Part shown: positions 38,825 to 48,896 of the stretch, one piece after another
Position numbering within the stretch: the first letter of the stretch is position 1
Layout of the letters: each line of letters begins with the position of its first letter
Source: Pseudomonadota bacterium
GTDB taxonomy: Bacteria > Campylobacterota > Campylobacteria > Campylobacterales > Sulfurimonadaceae
Direction: 5' to 3'
DNA: 64,000 nucleotides
Assembly (NCBI GenBank): GCA_043797085.1
Contig: JAZDQA010000001.1
Location: forward strand, 32,001-96,000
Position numbers and translations under genes: made by a program
The notes under the pieces: generated by a model
What the model saw: the letters and a program-made list of their open reading frames with translations, nothing else
Told to the model about the DNA's origin: nothing
Database searches by the model: none

Positions 38825-39630
38825 TGAGAGCGTATACTCCAAAAGACAACGTACAAAAGAAACCGTATTACACGGATCGTTATTGGGTCGCTCCACAAGT
38901 TGCGAAACATGACGTGAGCAGTGATGACGTATTTAGTGCAGATCTTGATGCGATTAAAGCAAAATTCGAGGTTTTGGATGCGTATATCCAAGTTGAGCAA
39001 ATGGTGGTCATCATCAATGCGCACGATAATTTCGCTGTCATTGAAATGCTCAAAAATGAGCGTGAATACAATCAGCTTTCCGAAATGAGCGCGATTGATT
39101 GGCTTGCAACTGAAGGAAAATTTGAGATTTTTTATCAAATGTTGAGTATGAGTAAACGTAAACGTCTCCGTATCAAATGTAAAATCGATGAAAAAGAGTC
39201 ACTCCAAAGCGTTGAAAAACTTTTCCGCAGTGCTGACTGGTCTGAGCGTGAGATGTACGATATGTTTGGTGTGGTCGTTAATAACCATCCGTTTATGAAA
39301 CGTATTTTGATGCCTGATGATTGGGAAGGATTCCCATTGCGTAAAACTTATCCGCTTCAAGGCGATGAGTTCGCAGCATGGTACGAAGTTGATAAAATAT
39401 TCGGTAAAGAAGCACGTGAGATTATCGGACCTGAAAACCGTGATCCTGCACGTATCGACCGTTATGATACCGAGCGTTTTTCACGTTTAGGACATGAAGT
39501 GCCACGCGGTACAGATATTACCAATGGTGAGCCGGATACTCCACTTGTGTATCAAGAGCCAGAAGGTGTATTTTTAATCGAAAAATTTGATGCAGAGCAA
39601 TCCGTTGTGATCTCTGATCGCCACCGTTAA
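38824..39630 (+). CDS. nuoC: NADH-quinone oxidoreductase subunit C
   Basis: [11 protein letters not shown] and [16 protein letters not shown] motifs. Confidence 0.95.
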   Translation: MRAYTPKDNVQKKPYYTDRYWVAPQVAKHDVSSDDVFSADLDAIKAKFEVLDAYIQVEQMVVIINAHDNFAVIEMLKNEREYNQLSEMSAIDWLATEGKFEIFYQMLSMSKRKRLRIKCKIDEKESLQSVEKLFRSADWSEREMYDMFGVVVNNHPFMKRILMPDDWEGFPLRKTYPLQGDEFAAWYEVDKIFGKEAREIIGPENRDPARIDRYDTERFSRLGHEVPRGTDITNGEPDTPLVYQEPEGVFLIEKFDAEQSVVISDRHR

Positions 39631-39640
39631 GGAGCTATGA

Positions 39641-40867
39641 ATGCAACAATCCAATCGCCTTAGACCCTTTTTTGAAAACATTACGTTTGATCGAGTCGAT
39701 AATGAGATGATCCTTAACTTCGGTCCTCAACATCCATCGGCACACGGACAGTTACGTCTGATGTTGCACATGCAGCAAGAACAGATTACCAAAGCGCATC
39801 CGGACATCGGATACCTTCACCGTGGTATGGAGAAGATGGCGGAGAACATGATCTACAATGAGTTCATGCCGACGACTGACCGTATGGACTATATTGCATC
39901 AAGCTCGAATAACTATGGCTTTGCTCTTGCTGTTGAACGTTTGATCGGTCTTGAAGTTCCGCGCCGTGCGAAAGTCATTCGTATGATGCTGCTTGAAACC
40001 AACCGTCTTATGTCCCACCTTTTTTGGTTGGCAACGACGGCTTTGGATATTGGAGCGATGACCGTATTTTTGTTCGCCTTCCGTGAGCGCGAATATTTGA
40101 TGGATTTGATCGAAGATTATTGTGGTGCGCGTTTGACCCATTCTGCTGTTCGTATTGGTGGGGTGCCATTGGATTTGCCGGATAATTTTATCGGTGATTT
40201 ACGCAAGTTTTTGGATAAATTACCTGAAAATATCAAAGATTACGAAGACTTACTCGATACGAATCGTATTTGGTTGATGCGTATGGAAAATGTGGGTGTT
40301 ATTTCTAAAGAGATGGCGCTTAGCTGGGGCTGTTCTGGTGTAATGTTACGTGCATCGGGCGTTGAGTGGGATATTCGTAAAGAAGAGCCGTACGAATTAT
40401 ACGATGAAGTAGAGTTTAACGTTCCTGTTTCCGACAAAGGGGACAACTATGCCCGTTATAAACTTTACATGGCAGAGATGAAAGAATCAGCAAAAATCTT
40501 GTATCAAGTCCTGGATATGTATTCGGAAACTGAGCCTGCATTAATGGCACACGCACCGCAGTATATTTCTGCACCAAAACTGGATATTATGACTCAAAAC
40601 TACTCGTTGATGCAACACTTTGTCCTCGTGACACAGGGAATGCGCCCACCGGTAGGGGAAGTTTATATTCCAACAGAATCACCAAAAGGAGAACTTGGAT
40701 ATTACATCAATAGCCAAGGTGGAGCCTATCCGTACCGTCTAAAACTTCGTGCTCCATCGTTTTGGCACACAGGTATTTTGACCGATTTGTTACCTGGGCA
40801 CTATATCCCAGACGTAGTATCCATCATCGGGACGACCAATATCGTCTTCGGTGAAGTTGACCGTTAA
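39641..40867 (+). CDS. nuoD: NADH-quinone oxidoreductase subunit D
   Basis: [25 protein letters not shown] and GEVDR motifs. Confidence 0.97.
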   Translation: MQQSNRLRPFFENITFDRVDNEMILNFGPQHPSAHGQLRLMLHMQQEQITKAHPDIGYLHRGMEKMAENMIYNEFMPTTDRMDYIASSSNNYGFALAVERLIGLEVPRRAKVIRMMLLETNRLMSHLFWLATTALDIGAMTVFLFAFREREYLMDLIEDYCGARLTHSAVRIGGVPLDLPDNFIGDLRKFLDKLPENIKDYEDLLDTNRIWLMRMENVGVISKEMALSWGCSGVMLRASGVEWDIRKEEPYELYDEVEFNVPVSDKGDNYARYKLYMAEMKESAKILYQVLDMYSETEPALMAHAPQYISAPKLDIMTQNYSLMQHFVLVTQGMRPPVGEVYIPTESPKGELGYYINSQGGAYPYRLKLRAPSFWHTGILTDLLPGHYIPDVVSIIGTTNIVFGEVDR

Positions 40868-40878
40868 AAAGGACCTTT

Positions 40879-41109
40879 ATGAAACGTTATGACCTTCGTC
40901 ACCTCAAAGGTGCTTTTGAAAACCGTATGGTTGAAATTATGAAAGAAGAGCAAGACCCGAAAGAAGTTTTGATTTTCTTGTTTGAGATTGGTGATTTTTC
41001 ACCCATACAGCGCAGTGCTGACGTCGTTAAAGAAAGCGGATATGAGATGACAAATTCATTGAAATTTAATGAAGCGGACTGGACCATCGTGGTCAAGCGT
41101 AAGGACTAA
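40879..41109 (+). CDS. Small epsilonproteobacterial complex I subunit at the nuoE position (Cj1575c/HP1264-like)
   Basis: 76 aa; R.DLR, IFLFEIGDF and NSLKFN..DWTIV motifs; no Fe-S cysteines. Confidence 0.8.
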   Translation: MKRYDLRHLKGAFENRMVEIMKEEQDPKEVLIFLFEIGDFSPIQRSADVVKESGYEMTNSLKFNEADWTIVVKRKD

Positions 41110-41111
41110 AA

Positions 41112-43148
41112 GTGAGTAAAGTCTATTTCTCCACATGGCGCGGAGAGCAGATCAACAACATCGGTAAGCCAGAAGAAGAATGGGAAGTATCCGCGTACAA
41201 TCTGCCTGAGCAGTACAACGAGCATGCCCATTCTAAAGCGTTTATCGGTTGGGATGGTTTGGCGCTTTTTAATTCTGATGTTGATGTCGTTCGTTTGGCT
41301 ACGGAATATGCCGCGCAATATCAAGTCTATTCCGAAGCGTGTGGTCGCTGTGCACCGGGGCGATGGGGCGGACGTATTTTATACGATTTGCTTGACAAGA
41401 TTGCTCGTGGTGAAGGCGCACTGAGTGATATGGAACATCTAAAAGAAGTTTCCCGCACGATGCAAGAGACATCAAAATGTGAGATTGGCAAAACCGTTCC
41501 AACTCCATTGCTGGATTTGATGAACCATTTCGAAGCGGAATTTGTAGCATGTATCGAGAGTCAAAAGCCTTCCAAGCACTATCACATGGAAGATACCAAT
41601 TACATTGCCAAAATTACAGCGCCATGTATGGATGCATGTCCTGCGCATGTCGATATTCCGGCTTACATAGAGGGCGTTCGCGATTTACGTTTTGATGATT
41701 CTCTGATGGCAACGCGTCAAACCATGCCGCTGGCTCATACGTGTGGACGGGTTTGTCCTCATCCATGTGAAACCGAGTGCCGTCGTAGTAATCTTGACGA
41801 GCCTATTTCAATCATGGAACTTAAACGTTTAGGTGCTGATTATGAAACCGATCACGGTTTTGGATTTTTTCATCCGTATGCGCAGAAACCTTCAACGGGT
41901 AAAAAAGTTGCGATCATCGGATCAGGACCTGCTGGACTTACGGGTGCATATTACCTTGCCCTTGATGGTGTAGAGGTTGATGTATACGAAGAACTTCCGG
42001 TTCTAGGCGGTGAAGTCGCTGTTGGAGTACCTGAATACCGGATGCCTGTGGATAAATACAATCAAGACATCGAAGCAGTACGTGATTTAGGGGTGAATTT
42101 TATCACCAATACCAAAGTAACTGCAGAGATGATGCGTCAATATGAAAATGATTATGATGGTATTTTGATCGCAACAGGAACGCGTATCTCGAAAAAAGTG
42201 TATTGTGAAAATGAACGTGCTGAGATACAAGGTTATTGGGGAGCGATTGATTTTCTGGATAAAGTAAATCTCGAAGTGAAATACGGCATTATGGTCCCCC
42301 AAGCCGATCAAAAACAACACATGTTAGAGAAAGATTACGTGGATTTGACAGGTAAAACCGTTGTTTGTGTCGGTGGCGGATTTACCTCTATGGACGTTGT
42401 TCGCTGTTCGATTCGTGCCAACGCGGCAAAAGTCGTGATGATCTATCGTCGCGATGAGAGAACGATCATCAATAACACGACATATGAAGAGTATCACGAA
42501 GCGGTCGAAGAGGGTGTTGAGTTTATTTTCCACTCGGCGGTTGCTGAGATGCGCGATGAAAACAACGTTTTAAAATCGTTATTGATTGACCGTTTTGAAC
42601 TAGTTCCTGATCCAAATGGCGGTCGGGCCACCTTAGAAAAAATCGAGGGTGCATCGTTTGAAATGGCATGTGATTATCTCATCCCTGCGGTTTCTCAAAG
42701 TGCCGATTTAAAACTTATACCGCAAGAATGGGAAATTGAACGAACCTCATGGGGAACGATCAAAACCAACGGTAAAGATTACATGACCTCACGCAAAGGG
42801 ATCTTTGCCGCTGGTGACTGCGAATACGGACCGATGACGATTGTCAATGCGGTTGGTCAAGCTAAACGTGCCGCATCCGTTATGTCACGTTATGTAATCA
42901 ATGGTGAAATCACTCTTGCAGATGATGAGATTATGGAAGATCACCTCCGTAAGCTTAAAGTCTATGACAAAAAAGAGAAGATTCAGGGCTGGCTTCCGGG
43001 ACTACCTCGCCAGCACAGTGAAGTTCTCAGTGTAGAAGAACGCCGCGATAATAATCGTGAAGTAAAATATGCATTGACACAAGAAGAAGCGATGTCTGAA
43101 GCGGATCGTTGTATGCGCTGTTATTACATTGCCATGGTGGCACACTAA
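41112..43148 (+). CDS. SfrB/GltD-like Fe-S flavoprotein (NADP(H)-type oxidoreductase) with a NuoF-like Fe-S domain
   Basis: EACGRCAPGR..SKC; APCMDACPAH, CGRVCPHPCETEC; GSGPAG (FAD); GGGFTSMD..YRR (NADP); AAGD; C-terminal EADRCMRC; GTG start. Confidence 0.85.
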   Translation: MSKVYFSTWRGEQINNIGKPEEEWEVSAYNLPEQYNEHAHSKAFIGWDGLALFNSDVDVVRLATEYAAQYQVYSEACGRCAPGRWGGRILYDLLDKIARGEGALSDMEHLKEVSRTMQETSKCEIGKTVPTPLLDLMNHFEAEFVACIESQKPSKHYHMEDTNYIAKITAPCMDACPAHVDIPAYIEGVRDLRFDDSLMATRQTMPLAHTCGRVCPHPCETECRRSNLDEPISIMELKRLGADYETDHGFGFFHPYAQKPSTGKKVAIIGSGPAGLTGAYYLALDGVEVDVYEELPVLGGEVAVGVPEYRMPVDKYNQDIEAVRDLGVNFITNTKVTAEMMRQYENDYDGILIATGTRISKKVYCENERAEIQGYWGAIDFLDKVNLEVKYGIMVPQADQKQHMLEKDYVDLTGKTVVCVGGGFTSMDVVRCSIRANAAKVVMIYRRDERTIINNTTYEEYHEAVEEGVEFIFHSAVAEMRDENNVLKSLLIDRFELVPDPNGGRATLEKIEGASFEMACDYLIPAVSQSADLKLIPQEWEIERTSWGTIKTNGKDYMTSRKGIFAAGDCEYGPMTIVNAVGQAKRAASVMSRYVINGEITLADDEIMEDHLRKLKVYDKKEKIQGWLPGLPRQHSEVLSVEERRDNNREVKYALTQEEAMSEADRCMRCYYIAMVAH

Positions 43149-43159
43149 TGGAGGTCGGG

Positions 43160-45403
43160 ATGATTAATTTTACAATAAACAACCAACCTGTAACGGCGCT
43201 CAAGGGGGAAACCATTCTCCAAGCGGCACGCAAAGCAGGGTTTTATATCCCAACCATGTGTTATTTGGAAAAAACGACACCGTGTGCCTCATGCCGTTTA
43301 TGTGTGGTTGAAACGGATAAAACGGATGGATTGATTTTAAGCTGTCAAACTCCTCCGACACAAGGGCTTGCCGTGACCATCGATTCTGCAAGGTTGCAAG
43401 CAGAGCGGACGAATATTATGCGAATGTACGATGTCAATCACCCATTAGAATGCGGTGTGTGCGACAAATCAGGTGCGTGCGATCTTCAAAACAAGACATT
43501 GGAATTTGGGATATCAAGCCAACATTTCAGTGCAAAAGAACAAAATCGAAAGATTGAACATTGGGGACTGATTAATTACGATCCTTCTTTATGTATTTTG
43601 TGTGAAAAATGCGTACACGTTTGTAATGAAATTATCGGAGATGATGCTATAACTCTTCAGTTTGGCGGATACAAATCAGCTGTTATTCCTAAAAATAGTG
43701 ATGTCCTTGATTGTACTTTCTGTGGCGAGTGTATTGCCGTGTGCCCTGTGGGTGCATTGGTGAGTTCGAAATTTCAGTACAGCGCTAATGCATGGGAATT
43801 GACACAAATTCCTGCTACGTGTGCTCATTGTTCTGCCGGATGTTCACTGACGTATGAAGTGCGTCATACCTCGAATTCTCTTGGAGCAAAGCCGAAAATT
43901 TATCGTGTTACGAATAATTTTGAAGTAGCGACTCTCTGCGGTGCGGGACGTTTTGGATTTGATTTTGACATTCAAGCAGCTAAAGATGAAGTATTATTCG
44001 AAAAAGCGGTTTTGGCATTTCAAAACGCGAAAGCAATCCGATTTAGCTCACTGATTACGAATGAAGAGGCATTGATTTTACAGCGTCTCAAAGAAAAACT
44101 GGGTGTTAAACTCTTTAATGAAGAGGTCAGAGCCTATCAATCCTTTATGAAGGCATACAGCTCAATAAGCGGAAAAAGTGCCTTTAGCGGTTCACTTGAC
44201 GCTATTACACAAAGTGATGCGATTATCGTAATGGGCGGACGTGTGAGTACGGATAATCCTGCCGTTCGTTACGCAATGACCACTGCCGCACGTCATAATG
44301 GAGCAAAAATTGTTTACATGCATCCACTCGAAGATGCCCTTTTACAAAATGTTGTAACGCAGAATATTCGCTATGAAGCTGGTTCTGAAGAGGGTGTTAT
44401 TGCAATGCTCGCACAAACTCTTTTAGAAGGGTGCGATGTAGACGATGCAATAAAAGCCTTTTTGGAAAGTTTGGATGAGGGTTATTTATGCGCTGAATCC
44501 AATGTTGGGGATGAAGAGTTCGCTCAAATTTCAAAATTATTACGACGTGCAAAGTGTAAAACGCTCATTGTCGGTTCGGATGTTTTGAGTCATAATCGCG
44601 CAAGTAACATAGCACGTTTGTGTGCTTTAATTGAAACACATACCGATTTTTCACTCATCATTCTTCCTCTTACTGTCAATACGGTGGGGGTATCCCTTAT
44701 TTGTGATTTGGATAAAGATGAAAAAATGGATAATGTTGTCGGGTATAATTCACAGGGAGATTTCGTTATCGGTTCCATGGGTGAATATACTTTAGCAATG
44801 CCAGCATTAAATAGTCAAGAAGGGACGTTCGTCAGTCTAAACTATCAACTTTTGGCGACGAATGTTGCGGTTGCTTTTGAGGGATATTGTCTGAACGATA
44901 TTGCGCAAGCTTTAGGACTAAAAGCACTGAATACCATTGATTATACGGCACAATTACCAGTAGAAAAAGGGTTTAAAGCGGTAGAATTTGATTTGTTAGG
45001 TAACTTTTATGGAGCACTGGGTGAAGATTATCGCGGATACCAATTGGAGACGATGGATGTTGCCGTAGAGGGTGCGTTGGAAGCCATTGATGATTTGCCG
45101 GAGTTTAACGGAACCGTTATTTATCAGTGCAATCCCGTCAATCAATTCAATGCATATACCGCACGAACATCTCAGCTGGAAGCGGATACATCCCTTCGCG
45201 GTTCAGTGCAGTTTGCTACTGCAGCTCGTATTAGCGATGGAGAGAGTGTCACTATAGAGGGACGTGAGGGAGTTCGAGTGTTTGTCGTTGATGAAACACT
45301 CAAAGGAACCATTGCGCTTTTGCCTACTTATGACACTGCCTTTGGCGGAGTGCATGAGGGTTACCGATTTGACAAAATTAAACTTAAAAGGATGGGGAGT
45401 TAA
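43160..45403 (+). CDS. nuoG: NuoG-like subunit, paralogue 1
   Basis: 2Fe-2S motif (IPTMC..CRLC..SC), HPLECGVCDKSGAC, two CxxCxxCxxxC motifs and CAHCSAGC; GGAGG RBS before 43160 (alternative start 43148). Confidence 0.88.
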   Translation: MINFTINNQPVTALKGETILQAARKAGFYIPTMCYLEKTTPCASCRLCVVETDKTDGLILSCQTPPTQGLAVTIDSARLQAERTNIMRMYDVNHPLECGVCDKSGACDLQNKTLEFGISSQHFSAKEQNRKIEHWGLINYDPSLCILCEKCVHVCNEIIGDDAITLQFGGYKSAVIPKNSDVLDCTFCGECIAVCPVGALVSSKFQYSANAWELTQIPATCAHCSAGCSLTYEVRHTSNSLGAKPKIYRVTNNFEVATLCGAGRFGFDFDIQAAKDEVLFEKAVLAFQNAKAIRFSSLITNEEALILQRLKEKLGVKLFNEEVRAYQSFMKAYSSISGKSAFSGSLDAITQSDAIIVMGGRVSTDNPAVRYAMTTAARHNGAKIVYMHPLEDALLQNVVTQNIRYEAGSEEGVIAMLAQTLLEGCDVDDAIKAFLESLDEGYLCAESNVGDEEFAQISKLLRRAKCKTLIVGSDVLSHNRASNIARLCALIETHTDFSLIILPLTVNTVGVSLICDLDKDEKMDNVVGYNSQGDFVIGSMGEYTLAMPALNSQEGTFVSLNYQLLATNVAVAFEGYCLNDIAQALGLKALNTIDYTAQLPVEKGFKAVEFDLLGNFYGALGEDYRGYQLETMDVAVEGALEAIDDLPEFNGTVIYQCNPVNQFNAYTARTSQLEADTSLRGSVQFATAARISDGESVTIEGREGVRVFVVDETLKGTIALLPTYDTAFGGVHEGYRFDKIKLKRMGS

Positions 45404-45406
45404 ATC

Positions 45407-47893
45407 ATGAATGAAATAACGATAACCATAGACGGCAAAGAGGTACGGACGCAAGAGGGTGAATACATTCTCAATGCGGCGCGTGCCAATGGGATATTTA
45501 TCCCTGCCATTTGTTATCTAACACGCTGTTCACCAACCTTGGCATGTCGTATTTGTTTGGTAGAAGCGGATGGAAAACAAGTTTATGCGTGTAATGCAAA
45601 AGCTAAGATGGGAATGGACATCAACACAAAAACTCCCGTTATTGAAGAAGAAAAACGTGCCATAATGGAAGTGTATGATGTCAATCATCCTTTAGAATGT
45701 GGCGTATGTGATCAATCGGGGGAGTGTGAGCTTCAAAACTACACACTAGAAATCGGGGTCGATTCACAAAGCTATTCGATCAAAGACACCCATAAGCCGG
45801 CACAAGATTGGGGTCTTATCCATTACGATCCTGCCTTGTGTATCATGTGTGAACGTTGTATTACTGTCTGCAAAGATATGATTGGTGATGCGGCACTTTC
45901 TACTGTTGCACGTGGTGGTGAACCTCTTGATGCGGCGTTCAAAGAGTCAATGCCAAAAGATGCTTATGCAATGTGGAACAAACTCAACAAATCGTTGATC
46001 GCTCCAAACGGAGGCGATACGCTTGATTGTACCGACTGTGGTGAGTGTACGTCAGTTTGTCCCGTAGGAGCATTGGTCAGCAGTGATTATCAGTACAGCT
46101 CGAATGCATGGGAACACCAGCAAATTCCGGCAACGTGTGCCCATTGTTCGGCAGGTTGTCAGCTTAGCTACGACATTAAACACACCGATATTGCAAATCC
46201 TGAGGCTAAAATCTACCGTGTCAAAAATGAGTGGAACTATGTCTCTCTTTGCGGCGCAGGACGTTATGGCTACGATTTCCAAAATTCCAATGTCACTAAA
46301 AATCCAGTTGCCTTTGATGCAGCAATCGAAGCATTAAAAAAAGCGGATACCATCGCCTTTACTTCAACGATTACGAATGAAGAGGCGATGATCTTACAAC
46401 GTCTTAAAGAGAAACTTGGGCTTAAGCTCATCAACAACGAAGCACGAGTGTTTAAAAATTTCCTCGACAGTTACAGCGCTGTCAGCGGGCAATCACTTTA
46501 CAGCGGTAATCTCAAAGAAGTTCATGAATCTGATTTTGTTGTTTCCATTGGGACGGCATTGAAGACTGATAATCCTAATGCCCGTTTTGCTATGAACAAT
46601 GCATTATCGATGAATAAAGGCGCTGGATTGTATTTTCATCCGATAAATGATCCGGTTATCGAAGATATGTCAAAAAATCTAACGCAGTTTAACCATGCTC
46701 CAATGATGGAAGAAGCAGCGTTATATTTGATGCTCGACCTTTTTGGCGATAAAACAGCAATGCCTTCAAGCACTGTCGATTATCTCAAAAGTTTTCATTC
46801 TCTTAAAACGGTGACGGTCGAAGAGACGGTCGATGAAAAAGTGACTGAAACGGTCATTAAAAAAGTTCTTAATGAAGAAACAGGCGTTGAAGAAGAAGTA
46901 AGTGAAGAAGTAACGAAAATAGTGAAGAAAAAAGTTTCAAAAGAGATAGAAGTGGATGATAATCGGCTTTTAGCTCTTTTAAATGCACCCGCTGGATTTG
47001 CTGAAACACTGACGAAATATTTAGCGAAAAAAGAGAAATTTTCACTCATGGTCGGACCAGATTTGTATACCCATCCGAATTCAGACAATTGTGCGAGACT
47101 TGTTGCTTTAATTGAAAAATATACAGCGTTCAATGTAACCATGATACCCAATCTTGCTAATACACTAGGGGTTGCACTAATTTGTGACCTTGATGAGAAG
47201 GCTGGTGAATACACAATTGGTTATAATACAGCAGGAGATTTTACGTTAAGTGCATTAGGAAATGGTGATTTGGATATGCCATCACTTAATCAGCAAGAAG
47301 GGACATTGACGAGCATTGATAAGCGCGTTAACCCAACCAATGTGGCACTTCCTTTTGGCGGCTATACCCTAAACAATGTTGCTTCTGCTCTTGGAGTATC
47401 TGCGGCATTGAGTATTGATTATACTGTGCAACTTCCTGTTAGTGCAGGATTTAAAGCGGTAGAATTTGATACGCTGCCAAATCATTACACCAATGCAGGC
47501 GAAGAAGTACGCGGATACGTCCTTGATACTTTAAAAGTACCTTGTGGCAAAGATGAAAATGTTCAAGCTTTCGATGAAAAAGATGCTATGACAACATCTA
47601 TTGTTTATCTCGCCAATCCGGTGTTGCAGTTTACGCCGTTTACTGCACGCGCGCATCAGTTGAATGAAGAGGGCGGTTTGTACGCATCCAGTGAGTTTAT
47701 GAGCAGTAATGGTTTGAACTTAGGTGATAACGTGCGGGTCAAGACTCCTAAGGGTGAGATCGTGGTTTCTGTCATTAATGATTCAAAAATCAACGGAGAT
47801 ATAACGTATCTTCCGACGTTTGACTCAAAAATTAACTCACAAGCATTGTTTGGCGATTATCGCTTTAGCAATGTAACGATTGAAAAGGTGTAG
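45407..47893 (+). CDS. nuoG: NuoG-like subunit, paralogue 2
   Basis: Same five Fe-S motifs, plus MPKDAYAMW and E/K/V-rich insertions. Confidence 0.9.
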   Translation: MNEITITIDGKEVRTQEGEYILNAARANGIFIPAICYLTRCSPTLACRICLVEADGKQVYACNAKAKMGMDINTKTPVIEEEKRAIMEVYDVNHPLECGVCDQSGECELQNYTLEIGVDSQSYSIKDTHKPAQDWGLIHYDPALCIMCERCITVCKDMIGDAALSTVARGGEPLDAAFKESMPKDAYAMWNKLNKSLIAPNGGDTLDCTDCGECTSVCPVGALVSSDYQYSSNAWEHQQIPATCAHCSAGCQLSYDIKHTDIANPEAKIYRVKNEWNYVSLCGAGRYGYDFQNSNVTKNPVAFDAAIEALKKADTIAFTSTITNEEAMILQRLKEKLGLKLINNEARVFKNFLDSYSAVSGQSLYSGNLKEVHESDFVVSIGTALKTDNPNARFAMNNALSMNKGAGLYFHPINDPVIEDMSKNLTQFNHAPMMEEAALYLMLDLFGDKTAMPSSTVDYLKSFHSLKTVTVEETVDEKVTETVIKKVLNEETGVEEEVSEEVTKIVKKKVSKEIEVDDNRLLALLNAPAGFAETLTKYLAKKEKFSLMVGPDLYTHPNSDNCARLVALIEKYTAFNVTMIPNLANTLGVALICDLDEKAGEYTIGYNTAGDFTLSALGNGDLDMPSLNQQEGTLTSIDKRVNPTNVALPFGGYTLNNVASALGVSAALSIDYTVQLPVSAGFKAVEFDTLPNHYTNAGEEVRGYVLDTLKVPCGKDENVQAFDEKDAMTTSIVYLANPVLQFTPFTARAHQLNEEGGLYASSEFMSSNGLNLGDNVRVKTPKGEIVVSVINDSKINGDITYLPTFDSKINSQALFGDYRFSNVTIEKV

Positions 47894-47896
47894 CAG

Positions 47897-48886
47897 ATGG
47901 ATATGGCATTTATCATCGAAACGATTGTTAAAATCGTCGTCATTTTATTAGTGTTCTCGGCTCTTGCCGGGTTAGGTACCTATTTTGAGCGTAAAGTATT
48001 GGCATTCATGCAACGCCGTCTTGGACCGATGCACGTTGGACCTTTTGGATTGCTCCAAGTAGCTGCCGATGGGATAAAGCTTTTTACTAAAGAAGATATC
48101 ATTCCTCAAAACGTAGTGAAACCTATCTTTAAAATTGCCCCTGTCATTACGGCAGCAACAGCTTTTATGGCGGCAGCAGCTATCCCGTTTTGGCCTCAAT
48201 TTACCGTATTTGGTTATACGGTTCATCCTATTGTTGCAGATGTCAATATTGGTATTTTGTACGTACTGGCTGTGATGGCAATTGGTCTTTACGGTCCATT
48301 GCTAGGGGGTATGGCGTCGGCAAATAAGTTTTCATTGATCTCTGCTGCACGAAGTGCTGCCGTATTTATTTCCTACGAAGTGATTAGCGGACTTTCGTTG
48401 CTTGCACCTCTTATGATGGTAGGATCATTGTCTCTCATCGACATTAATAACTACCAAGCAGGCGGAATTGGTAACTGGATCGTTTGGTCACAGCCGGTTG
48501 CGTTTATCCTTTTTTGGATTGCGGCATTTGCTGAAACGGGGCGTACTCCGTTTCACTTGGTTGCCAATGACCACGAGATCATTGACGGATTCGGAACGGA
48601 ATACTCGGGTATGAGATGGGGTCTTTTCTTTATCGGTGAATACGCGAACATGTTCTTTATTTCGTTTGTTATCGCCATCATTTTCTTGGGTGGTTTTGGT
48701 GATGGGACGATTGCCGGAGCATTTCAATTGCTTCTAAAAGTCGCATTTTTCTTTTTCTTTTTCCTCTGGACACGCGCTGCATGGCCAGATGTACGACCGG
48801 ATCAGTTGATGTGGTTATGCTGGAAAGTGTTAATGCCAATAGCTGTGGTCAATGTCGTGATCACCGGCTTTGTGATGATGTTTTAA
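47897..48886 (+). CDS. nuoH: NADH-quinone oxidoreductase subunit H
   Basis: ERKVLAFMQRRLGP, ADGIKLFTKE, ETGRTPF and RPDQLM motifs. Confidence 0.96.
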   Translation: MDMAFIIETIVKIVVILLVFSALAGLGTYFERKVLAFMQRRLGPMHVGPFGLLQVAADGIKLFTKEDIIPQNVVKPIFKIAPVITAATAFMAAAAIPFWPQFTVFGYTVHPIVADVNIGILYVLAVMAIGLYGPLLGGMASANKFSLISAARSAAVFISYEVISGLSLLAPLMMVGSLSLIDINNYQAGGIGNWIVWSQPVAFILFWIAAFAETGRTPFHLVANDHEIIDGFGTEYSGMRWGLFFIGEYANMFFISFVIAIIFLGGFGDGTIAGAFQLLLKVAFFFFFFLWTRAAWPDVRPDQLMWLCWKVLMPIAVVNVVITGFVMMF

Positions 48887-48896
48887 GGAGGGATGG

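Noticed and set aside
41112..43148. Calling this gene glutamate synthase small subunit (gltD) or nuoF
   Set aside because: There is no gltB nearby, it has an extra N-terminal Fe-S domain and a permuted motif, and it lacks the NuoF FMN/NADH-binding motifs.
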